Assembly: GCA_964575755.1 (NCBI GenBank)
Contig: CAZNRH010000002.1
Span: 136,351-178,523, forward strand
From: an uncultured Candidatus Saccharibacteria bacterium
GTDB taxonomy: Bacteria; Patescibacteriota; Minisyncoccia; Phycocordibacterales; JABMNX01
DNA: 42,173 nt
Direction of reading: 5' to 3'
Shown here piece after piece: positions 1 to 7,646 of this stretch; the first letter of the stretch is position 1, and each line of letters begins with the position of its first letter. The notes under the pieces are model-generated. The model was given only the letters and a program-made list of their open reading frames with translations, had not been told where the DNA came from and searched no databases. The position numbers were made by a program, and so were the translations under genes.

Positions 1-1
1 C

Positions 2-397
2 ATGATAACGATAGCCCTTGGGTTTGCAGCACTTGAGAATACTCTTTTCCTTATTGAACCACTTAGGGACGGGAAGCTTATCGAGAGTATAATAAATGGT
101 AATTTCCGCTTCTTTGGTGCCACATTACTACACGTATTGTCATCAGCAACAGTTGGAGTATTTATGGCTTTCTCATTTTATAAAAGTAGAGCGAAAAAGA
201 TACTCTATACGACAGTTGGAATTATCCTCGCTATTTCATTGCATACTTTGTTTAACTTTTCTATAATTAACAGCAACGGAACTAATATTCTATTAGTGTT
301 TGCATTCGTTTGGTCTGGAATCATTATACTTCTACTTGCGCTTGAACGTATTAAATCCATCACGAACCGTTGTCTATCATTTTTAAAAATAAAATAA
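2..397 (+). CDS. PrsW-family intramembrane metalloprotease, C-terminal part (5'-truncated by window)
   Basis: Motifs ALGFAALEN, ATLLH and LHTLFN in a hydrophobic multi-TM ORF match the PrsW/M82 pattern. Confidence 0.8.
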   Translation: MITIALGFAALENTLFLIEPLRDGKLIESIINGNFRFFGATLLHVLSSATVGVFMAFSFYKSRAKKILYTTVGIILAISLHTLFNFSIINSNGTNILLVFAFVWSGIIILLLALERIKSITNRCLSFLKIK

Positions 398-400
398 ACC

Positions 401-937
401 ATGGTAAAAGAAAAACGATCATTTTTTGAACGACTTACAGGCACAGCATCTATCGATGACTACGATGACTCATTTGATATGGAGGAAGCTATTCCTGCCA
501 CAGAGAAAGGTAGTCTAAAAGTTGGAAAAACCAACAAAGAGCATAGTCTAGAGTTAGACGATGAACCTGAAAATGAACGTGAAAGTACTTGGGTAGAAGA
601 GGATGAGGAAGGACAACTCAGTGTTGATGTATACCAAACTAACACCCATATTATATTAAAAGCGGTTGTTGCTGGCGTTAAGCCAGACCATCTTGATGTA
701 TCAATTACACGTGACATGGTGACTATCAAAGGAAAGCGAGAAGAACAAAAGGAAGCAACTGAAGAAAATTACTTTTACAGAGAGCTCTATTGGGGTTCAT
801 TCTCACGAACTATTTTACTTCCACAAGAAATTGAAGTGGACGAGGCTGAAGCTAATGAAAAACACGGTGTGCTTATCATTAAATTGCCTAAAATCGACAA
901 GGACAGAGAGACAAAATTGAAGGTTAAGGCTAATTAA
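401..937 (+). CDS. Small heat shock protein (Hsp20/alpha-crystallin) with acidic N-terminal extension
   Basis: VDVYQT...VAGVKPDHLDV...RELYWGSFSRTILLP...A...HGVLIIKLPK alpha-crystallin domain. Confidence 0.92.
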   Translation: MVKEKRSFFERLTGTASIDDYDDSFDMEEAIPATEKGSLKVGKTNKEHSLELDDEPENERESTWVEEDEEGQLSVDVYQTNTHIILKAVVAGVKPDHLDVSITRDMVTIKGKREEQKEATEENYFYRELYWGSFSRTILLPQEIEVDEAEANEKHGVLIIKLPKIDKDRETKLKVKAN

Positions 938-958
938 TACAGCTGATTTAAGTCAAAA

Positions 959-988
959 ATAAATACCCCAAGTAGTTGGGGCATTTAT
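959..988. terminator. Probable bidirectional intrinsic terminator
   Basis: ataaatacccca/tggggcatttat inverted repeat between convergent hsp20 and the tRNA-Phe unit. Confidence 0.6.
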
Positions 989-1000
989 TGGTTTACGTGA

Positions 1001-1233
1001 TTGGTCTCGGCGTCAAGTTGCTAAATTCATGAAACATTCTTGGTGGCGTCAGGTTTCTAAGCTCAGAATTCGTGCTACGCACTCGTCTTCACTAAGAACC
1101 TCCTGCCCGAGCTCGACCGTTTCAACTCCTTGTGGTCGCTGAAACATGTCTCCGCTAAGCACCAAGGCACGAAAGCAAAGCAGTTTGCTTTCTAAAATAA
1201 AAACACATCTAAAAAAGATGTGTTTTTATTTTA
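1001..1233 (-). repeat. Structured tRNA 3'-trailer element, copy 1 (after tRNA-Phe)
   Basis: 31-bp identity (1168-1198 = 1943-1973) plus shared motifs gcccgagctc, ctccgct, taagaac and gtca(g/a)gtttctaa with the copy after tRNA-Arg. Confidence 0.75.
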
Positions 1234-1239
1234 CCTTAG

Positions 1240-1312
1240 TGCTCAGGGGCGGTCTCGAACCGCCGACCCTTTGTGCTTCAAACAAATGCTCTACCAACTG
1301 AGCTACCTGAGC
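1240..1312 (-). tRNA. tRNA-Phe(GAA)
   Basis: GCTCAGGTAGCTCAGTTGGTAGAGCA-TTTGT-TTGAAGC-ACAAA-GGGTCGGCGGTTCGAGACCGCCCCTGAGCA cloverleaf; CCA not encoded. Confidence 0.95.
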
Positions 1313-1440
1313 TTTTATGTATACTAAACTTCGGTTCAGTATACATAAAAGTTCATGTACTAAAAAGTCCTACTGCCTGCCCCGTAGGAAGCTTTGCTTT
1401 CCTTCGAAGAGCTACCTGAGTATGTTATCCATATTGGTTT

Positions 1441-1743
1441 CTATAATACTCCTTTCAAAGAATCAATCATATTCTGAATTCTACCTTGAAACTCTGTACC
1501 AGCTCCACCAACTTTATCTCCAACCTCTTGAACAGTCTCTGCTGCACCTAACACTTGATCAAGAACTGGTGATAGGTAATTTATATAAACATATACAGGT
1601 GCGCCAATAATTATAGCTATCCACACAAGCTTTAAGAGTCCACCAAGGAATGCGTTTCTACGCATCTTTTTAAGCATTTTATTATTCTCCTTAGCAAGTT
1701 CTAAGTTCTTTTTCAAAAGGTCTTGTGTATCTTGTTCTGCCAT
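1441..1743 (-). CDS. Hypothetical single-pass membrane protein
   Basis: Short coiled-coil N-terminus (LLKKNLELAKENNKMLKKMRR) then one TM helix; likely start MAEQ at 1743. Confidence 0.7.
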   Translation of the reverse strand: MAEQDTQDLLKKNLELAKENNKMLKKMRRNAFLGGLLKLVWIAIIIGAPVYVYINYLSPVLDQVLGAAETVQEVGDKVGGAGTEFQGRIQNMIDSLKGVL

Positions 1744-1789
1744 ACCCAAAGAGTATAGCAAATATAGCTTAAAGATAAAGAGTTAGCTT

Positions 1790-2014
1790 GTGGGGTCAAG
1801 TTTCTAAACTCACTTCGTTCATTAAGAACTTCCTAGCTTTGCACTTGATTCTGTAATGCTTCGCAACAGAATCTACGCCCGAGCTCACTCGTTTTTATTT
1901 CTAGGAATTGAAATAAAAACATCGCTCCGCTTGGCACAGAGACACGAAAGCAAAGCAGTTTGCTTTCTAAAATTAAAACAACTACCACACCAAGTGGTAG
2001 TTGTTTTAATTTTA
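1790..2014 (-). repeat. Structured tRNA 3'-trailer element, copy 2 (after tRNA-Arg)
   Basis: Same motif order as 1001-1233, with different but still pairing hairpin arms. Confidence 0.75.
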
Positions 2015-2020
2015 TTTCTG

Positions 2021-2093
2021 TGCCCCCAGCAGGAATCGAACCCGCATCGAGCCCTTAGGACGGGCCTGTTCTAATCCATTGAACTACAGGGGC
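2021..2093 (-). tRNA. tRNA-Arg(CCT)
   Basis: GCCCCTGTAGTTCAATGGATTAGAACA-GGCCC-GTCCTAA-GGGCT-CGATGCGGGTTCGATTCCTGCTGGGGGCA cloverleaf. Confidence 0.93.
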
Positions 2094-2099
2094 AATGTA

Positions 2100-2720
2100 T
2101 TACTTAATCATATATCTATATGTCTCGTCAATCAAAGCGTGCATTAACTTTAAAAAATGACCTCCTTTTTTAACACCTATCCTACATAAACCATACTTTG
2201 TTCTACTCCTAGTACCTCCATCATTCATACGGATTATAAAGTATTTTTTTGGTATTTTTGTAATACAAGACCAATATTTTACACATTCTTTTTCATTCAT
2301 ACCAGTAAATATTCTAATTGTTACTTGTATGGACTCATTTGGTATAAATAAAACATCTCTTAAGATTTGAAGATATAACGTAATCATTCTACCGTCAGAG
2401 TTTATAAACTCCGGAGACCCTTTACTGCCTTCAGCCCAATAAAGCATCGTAAAAGCTATAATAAATTCTCTGTTAGGATCTTTAAAGATCTTTTTAGCTT
2501 TATTAATAGCCAGTATTGTATTCCTTTCCTTTCTTGCTTTGCCACCACCTCTTTTAGACTTTAAAATTTCTTTATACTTTGGTAATACTTTAGTACCTTG
2601 AATATGGTGCCAAACTGTCGTCTTTGGCATATCTAGTTTATTCATAATTTCATGAATACTATGTCCAGTTTTACGAAGTTGTTTTAATTCCCTTATCTTA
2701 ATATCCGAGTGAATTCTCAT
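2100..2720 (-). CDS. HTH plus single-motif LAGLIDADG-like protein, tRNA-adjacent putative endonuclease
   Basis: N-terminal HTH (LRKTGHSIHEIMNKLDMPKTTVWHH); MLYWAEGSK..FINSD LAGLIDADG-like helix; very basic; likely start MRIH at 2720 (ORF open to 2801). Confidence 0.65.
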   Translation of the reverse strand: MRIHSDIKIRELKQLRKTGHSIHEIMNKLDMPKTTVWHHIQGTKVLPKYKEILKSKRGGGKARKERNTILAINKAKKIFKDPNREFIIAFTMLYWAEGSKGSPEFINSDGRMITLYLQILRDVLFIPNESIQVTIRIFTGMNEKECVKYWSCITKIPKKYFIIRMNDGGTRSRTKYGLCRIGVKKGGHFLKLMHALIDETYRYMIK

Positions 2721-2854
2721 ATAGTACATTATAAACAGTTTTGTATAAAAATACCGACTTATTCCTTGTTTATAAAAGTAAGTTCTATCTTTAATGTTCA
2801 ATACAAAACAATAAACCGCATAAGCGGTTTATTGTTCACCTAGGAGTCTAATCT

Positions 2855-3091
2855 TTAGAGTCCTATTGCGGTAGAAAGTTTATCCTTATCAAACCCAATA
2901 AACATCTCTTCTCCCACAAACACAACAGGGACTCCCATCTGACCGCTCTTGTCGATCATTTCTTGTCGTTTGTCCATATCTTCTGCAACATTATACTCTG
3001 TGTACTCTACGTTATTTTCCTTTAAAAACTCCTTTGTCAGCTGACAAAAGTGACATGTTGGTGTGCTGTAAATTACAATTCTTTTATCCAT
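2855..3091 (-). CDS. Glutaredoxin-like protein (NrdH/YruB type)
   Basis: IYSTPTCHFC active-site motif, SGQMGVPV and GFD, 78 aa. Confidence 0.9.
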   Translation of the reverse strand: MDKRIVIYSTPTCHFCQLTKEFLKENNVEYTEYNVAEDMDKRQEMIDKSGQMGVPVVFVGEEMFIGFDKDKLSTAIGL

Positions 3092-3160
3092 AATCTTTAT
3101 ATTTATCTCACGTTTATCTTGTAGTGAGAATATTATATCATACTTATAATGTGCACCTGT

Positions 3161-3547
3161 TTATCTCCAAAACATTACAGACCTTAAAAACCTATCAAAC
3201 CAACTCTTAGATTCTCTAATATTATACTCTGTATCGCTTGAGGGAGGTTCTATTATAACGATGATTTTCTCACCCTCTTTTGCGACCTCATACTTCTTAC
3301 GTATTTCCTCTTCTACGCCTCGCTCTGTGTTTAGTCTGTTAATTTCGCCCCCTAAGGCGTCCTTTCTTACTTCTAAGCCATCTAGATATACTGAACGCTG
3401 TTGCTTGTTTATGCGCGTCTGGCGCTCCTTTAGATACACACCCCATACACCATTTAAGAGAAATCCAGCTATAACAACCAAAAAAATGACAGTTGGCCAA
3501 GAATAGACCCATTGTTTTATTTTTCTGCGTTCATAAAAATCAAACAT
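3161..3547 (-). CDS. Septum formation initiator (FtsB/DivIC-like)
   Basis: One TM helix, coiled coil and VEEEIRKKYEVAKEGEKIIVI motif. Confidence 0.75.
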   Translation of the reverse strand: MFDFYERRKIKQWVYSWPTVIFLVVIAGFLLNGVWGVYLKERQTRINKQQRSVYLDGLEVRKDALGGEINRLNTERGVEEEIRKKYEVAKEGEKIIVIIEPPSSDTEYNIRESKSWFDRFLRSVMFWR

Positions 3548-3658
3548 ATTTTCAGCTTATAGCTTTTAGTTTACAGCTTTCAGTACACATATACTAAAGT
3601 ACATGTACACTATACATTATACTTTAAAAGCTGTAAGCTATTACCTAACAGTTATATT

Positions 3659-3772
3659 ATGCTTTTCGATAAACGAACAAAAAAAGTAGTGAAATACATA
3701 TGGATGGTCCTTGGAATACTTATTATTCTAAGCATGATCACCTTATTTTCTCCTGGACTTATTCCTGCTTAA
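3659..3772 (+). CDS. Small 37-aa membrane peptide not in the ORF track
   Basis: MLFDKRTKKVVKYIWMVLGILIILSMITLFSPGLIPA*: basic N-terminus plus TM helix, in an otherwise empty intergenic region. Confidence 0.6.
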   Translation: MLFDKRTKKVVKYIWMVLGILIILSMITLFSPGLIPA

Positions 3773-3824
3773 ATATATATAAGACAATAGCTCTGGGTCT
3801 GTACTACTGCACACAAACGTCATT

Positions 3825-3948
3825 TAAAGCAAGTGTCGTTGAGTGCAGTTCGAGAAGCACGAACTAAATATTATGAGCTGTATGAATATACAGCGAAAAA
3901 TATTTAGTGATGTAGCGACGAAGAAATGTGCCAACGATACTTGCTTTA
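3825..3948. mobile_element. ~123-bp palindromic MITE-like element, copy A
   Basis: Terminal inverted repeat taaagcaagtgtcgttg/caacgatacttgcttta with nested inner stems; abuts the lepA stop codon. Confidence 0.65.
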
Positions 3949-3949
3949 A

Positions 3950-5830
3950 CTATTTATCTTCGCTACGCATAACCTTAAGAAAAACCTCCTGAGGAATATT
4001 CACTTTCGCATGCTTTTGCATCTTCTTTTTACCCTTCTTTTGTTTTTCCCTTAGTTTCATTTTTCTTGTTATGTCTCCACCATAGAGATGTCCTGTTACA
4101 TCCTTCTTTAGGGCTGAAATTTTTCGTGAAGCTAAAATTTTTCCAAGAGCTTTTCCTTGTACTTTTGTGACAACCATTTGGCGAGGAATTAATTTATATA
4201 AACGCTCAACTAAACTCTCTACCTCTTCATGCGCGCGCCTTCTAGCAACTATGCGAGAAAAAGCTGGGACAATCTCCTCTGCAACGAGAATATCTATACG
4301 CACTACATCCGCTTCTAGCATCTCCCCTACTGTGTATAAAATTGAAGCAAACCCTGATGATGTGTTTTTTAATCTATCAAAGAAATTCCTCATAAGCTCA
4401 CGTAGTGGCATATCTGCGTGTATACGAACACGATTATCTCCAAAGTTTTCTGAATCCCCCACGATAGCTTCGTGCTCGAAAAGTAACTGCATAATACCTC
4501 CTATGTACTCAGATGGGACGATGATTTCTATATTGACCCACGGCTCGAGTATTTTATCGACAAGATTATGTTCAGGAAACTGAATAGCTGAATATATTTT
4601 TTTATGTTCTCCATTTTTAAACACTGCTTCATATGTAATACTCGGAGTCGTTACAACAAGCTCTAAGTCAAACTCCCTGCGTAATCGCTCAGTTATAATT
4701 TCAAGATGAAGCATACCTAAGAAGCCACAGCGAAACCCTCGCCCCATAACTCCAGATGTTTCTTCTTCGTATGAAAGTGATGAATCTGAGAGACTCAGCC
4801 TATCTAAAGCCTGCTTAAGCATAGTAAAATCGTCCTGACTCTCTGGGTACACAGATGCCCACACCACTGGGGTTGGCTTCATATATCCAAGTAAAGCAGT
4901 CGTGGTGCTCCCTTCAAGCACCACTGTGTCTCCGACAGATGCAATTCCTGGTTTTTTAATACCAGTTACTATATATCCGATAGCACCAGCTCTTAATTTA
5001 TCTACAGGTTTTTCCTCTGGAGAAAAGATACCAACCTCAAGTGCATTAAACTTCTCCACAGCACCCTTAAACAACATACGCTTGCCCTTCTCTATCTCCC
5101 CATCAAAAACCCTTATATACACTATGACACCACGGTGTGTTGAATACTGAAAGTCAAAGACCAGCCCTCTAAAATTATCTCCAAGATTTATACTTGAACC
5201 AATACTGATACCTTGTTCTTGACTAATATCAGCGCCAGAGCGAGGGACTGGTATCCTCTCTATGATTACATCAAGCAATTCTTCAACCCCTTCCCCTGTT
5301 TTACCAGAGCACTCTAAAATATCTCCCACATCACATCCAAGTAATTCTGAAACTTCGTTTTTTACATCAGCAATTCTAGATAAGGGAGAGTCTACCTTGC
5401 TTAACACTGGCACAATAACAAGCCCTGACTCCTGTGCCATTCGCAGTGTAGATAATGTCTGTGCCTGAACACCTTGTGTGCTATCGATAAGAAGTATCGT
5501 ACCTTCAACAGCCTTAAGAGCTCTTGATACTTCATAGTGAAAGTCTATATGCCCAGGAGTGTCTATCAAGTTAAGTGTGTACTCAATATCATTTTCTTTT
5601 TTTCCGCTCTTGTCTTTTTTCAGATACCGCATCGTTACTGGTTGCATCTTAATCGTTATTCCTCGCTCACGCTCAAGATCCATACTATCAAGTACTTGGT
5701 CCTTCATTTTACGCTCCTCAACAGTGTGTGTTATCTCAAGCATGCGGTCAGCAAGAGTTGATTTCCCATGGTCTATGTGCGCGATTATTGAAAAGTTGCG
5801 TATTTTACTTTGTTCTATTTTATCTTTCAT
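3950..5830 (-). CDS. lepA: Elongation factor 4 (LepA)
   Basis: IRNFSIIAHIDHGKSTLADR, GFRCGFLGMLHLEI and LYGGDITRKMKL. Confidence 0.97.
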   Translation of the reverse strand: MKDKIEQSKIRNFSIIAHIDHGKSTLADRMLEITHTVEERKMKDQVLDSMDLERERGITIKMQPVTMRYLKKDKSGKKENDIEYTLNLIDTPGHIDFHYEVSRALKAVEGTILLIDSTQGVQAQTLSTLRMAQESGLVIVPVLSKVDSPLSRIADVKNEVSELLGCDVGDILECSGKTGEGVEELLDVIIERIPVPRSGADISQEQGISIGSSINLGDNFRGLVFDFQYSTHRGVIVYIRVFDGEIEKGKRMLFKGAVEKFNALEVGIFSPEEKPVDKLRAGAIGYIVTGIKKPGIASVGDTVVLEGSTTTALLGYMKPTPVVWASVYPESQDDFTMLKQALDRLSLSDSSLSYEEETSGVMGRGFRCGFLGMLHLEIITERLRREFDLELVVTTPSITYEAVFKNGEHKKIYSAIQFPEHNLVDKILEPWVNIEIIVPSEYIGGIMQLLFEHEAIVGDSENFGDNRVRIHADMPLRELMRNFFDRLKNTSSGFASILYTVGEMLEADVVRIDILVAEEIVPAFSRIVARRRAHEEVESLVERLYKLIPRQMVVTKVQGKALGKILASRKISALKKDVTGHLYGGDITRKMKLREKQKKGKKKMQKHAKVNIPQEVFLKVMRSEDK

Positions 5831-5848
5831 TATGATTATATAACTCTC

Positions 5849-5971
5849 TAGGGCTTACGTAGTTGAATGCAGTCCTAGGCGCAAGCTGGAAATGGAGTGA
5901 GGTGTATGACAATACAGTGAACGACATTTCCAGTGCAGTAACAAAGGAATGCATCAACTATGTAAGTTCTA
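5849..5971. mobile_element. ~123-bp palindromic MITE-like element, copy B
   Basis: TIR tagggcttacgtagttga/tcaactatgtaagttcta; its terminal bases supply the murJ TAG stop. Confidence 0.65.
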
Positions 5972-7645
5972 CAATTCTGAACCTTCACCGCCGACAGCCG
6001 GACTCCTCCAAAACTTATGCAATAGAGAATTCTTAATCTCTTTGATTTCCTGATTACTAAGAATTATAAGTAATGTAATCCCAGCTATAATACCTAAAAT
6101 ACCTGATAAAAATCCTTGAGCAAATATACCCCAAAAAGTGTTTATATCAAAGACATTATCAAAGAGATCTAAAAATTGGTGTGTTACAAAACCCATTACA
6201 ACAGAAGCAGACAATATTTCGAAAAATACATGTAAAATCGGTCGAGAAAATTCATGAGTATCTCTCTGAAATAAGAACCAAAATACGCCAGCATTTATCA
6301 TCATGCTTATAGAGAATGCTAGCGGTAACATAAGTATTTCTGTACCAGGAATGCCTTCTACCTTCAAAAGTACCTCAAAGAAATTTTGCCACGTTGGAAC
6401 AGAACGAAACAATTCAATAAACGTAAAAGCGAGTAGTACAGTGAGCGTAGCTGAACATACATTAACTACAAGTGGTAGCCGTGTTTTACCTACGGCATAG
6501 TATCCACGAATAAACAAAAGTACGAGACCTTGTGCTATTAAAGAAGTCACAAAAAGTGCAAAGAGAGCTGCTGTTAATCTTGTATCAGCCCAATCAAAAG
6601 CTCCTGAGCCGAGGACAACGCGTACAATCTGTGCACGCAGAACAATAAACAAGACTATAATTGGAGTAGACCAAAATACAATATGGCGTGCTGCTACTAA
6701 CACATGTTGAATAAACTCATCTCGATTACCACTTGAAAACAGTCTAGCGAGTGTTGGAAATGCTGCAACAGAATAACTTGCTCCAATGATTGATAATGGC
6801 ACTGCCTGAAGATTAAAAGAAAATGTAAATACTGATATAGAGCCTTCTGCCATCATAGAAGCAAGTCCTATTAATACAAGTAACGCAACGTGTTGTGCAA
6901 ACAATGCTAGTGTACGTGGCAATGAAAGAAATACTATTTCTTTCAATTCACTAAAATTAAAACGTAGAGTTATTTTAGATAAAAATCTTCTAGATGTTAT
7001 AAATGGTATTTGTATACCGACATGAAGGAGTGCCCCTAAAATAACCCCATAACCAAGCCCTATAATGCCGAATTTTGGATATAAAAATATTACACCAAAA
7101 ATAATACCTGCATTATATAGCAGTGGCGCTATACCATATAAAATAAATCTTCCATATACCTGTGTGACACTAGCAAAAATATTTGAGATTCCAAGCAAGA
7201 TTGGTTGAAGAAGTAATATTCTCGTTAAAACAATAAGTGAATCAAAATACTCTGACCCAACAAGTCCAGGGAAAATATATGGTGTTATATACGGAACTAA
7301 GAAGAAAAGTAGAGCACTTACCGCACTAATAAAAAAGAAAAAAGCCGAGATAGTGTGCCCGATAAAACGTTTTTGTTCTTCTTTGTTTTCTTCAGTCTTG
7401 CTAAGAAACGGAATCAAAACATAAATAGAAACCATTGACGCAATAGATACAAATACAATATCTGGTATACGAAATGCTGCGTAGTATATATCAAGGGCTT
7501 CACCTGCACCGAAATAATGTGCAAGGAGTCTGTCACGAACAAGGGCAAGAACTGCTGAAAGTAGGGCGAAGAGCGCTAAGAAATATGCAGCTTCGTGTAA
7601 GCCTTGTATTTCTCGATGCAATAGGGAGAATAACCTCTTGACCAT
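5969..7645 (-). CDS. murJ: Lipid II flippase MurJ (MviN)
   Basis: LVRDRLLAHYFGAGEALDIYYAAFRIPD, FPTLAR and RGYYAVGKTRLP; many TM helices. Confidence 0.9.
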   Translation of the reverse strand: MVKRLFSLLHREIQGLHEAAYFLALFALLSAVLALVRDRLLAHYFGAGEALDIYYAAFRIPDIVFVSIASMVSIYVLIPFLSKTEENKEEQKRFIGHTISAFFFFISAVSALLFFLVPYITPYIFPGLVGSEYFDSLIVLTRILLLQPILLGISNIFASVTQVYGRFILYGIAPLLYNAGIIFGVIFLYPKFGIIGLGYGVILGALLHVGIQIPFITSRRFLSKITLRFNFSELKEIVFLSLPRTLALFAQHVALLVLIGLASMMAEGSISVFTFSFNLQAVPLSIIGASYSVAAFPTLARLFSSGNRDEFIQHVLVAARHIVFWSTPIIVLFIVLRAQIVRVVLGSGAFDWADTRLTAALFALFVTSLIAQGLVLLFIRGYYAVGKTRLPLVVNVCSATLTVLLAFTFIELFRSVPTWQNFFEVLLKVEGIPGTEILMLPLAFSISMMINAGVFWFLFQRDTHEFSRPILHVFFEILSASVVMGFVTHQFLDLFDNVFDINTFWGIFAQGFLSGILGIIAGITLLIILSNQEIKEIKNSLLHKFWRSPAVGGEGSEL

Positions 7646-7646
7646 G

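Noticed and set aside
1856-2074. 72-aa plus-strand ORF
   Set aside because: Antisense reading of tRNA-Arg and its trailer
2775-2810. tRNA-Arg 5'-half remnant upstream of the HTH-LAGLIDADG ORF
   Set aside because: Only gttcta(a)tc matches and gaps are needed; not distinguishable from chance in AT-rich DNA
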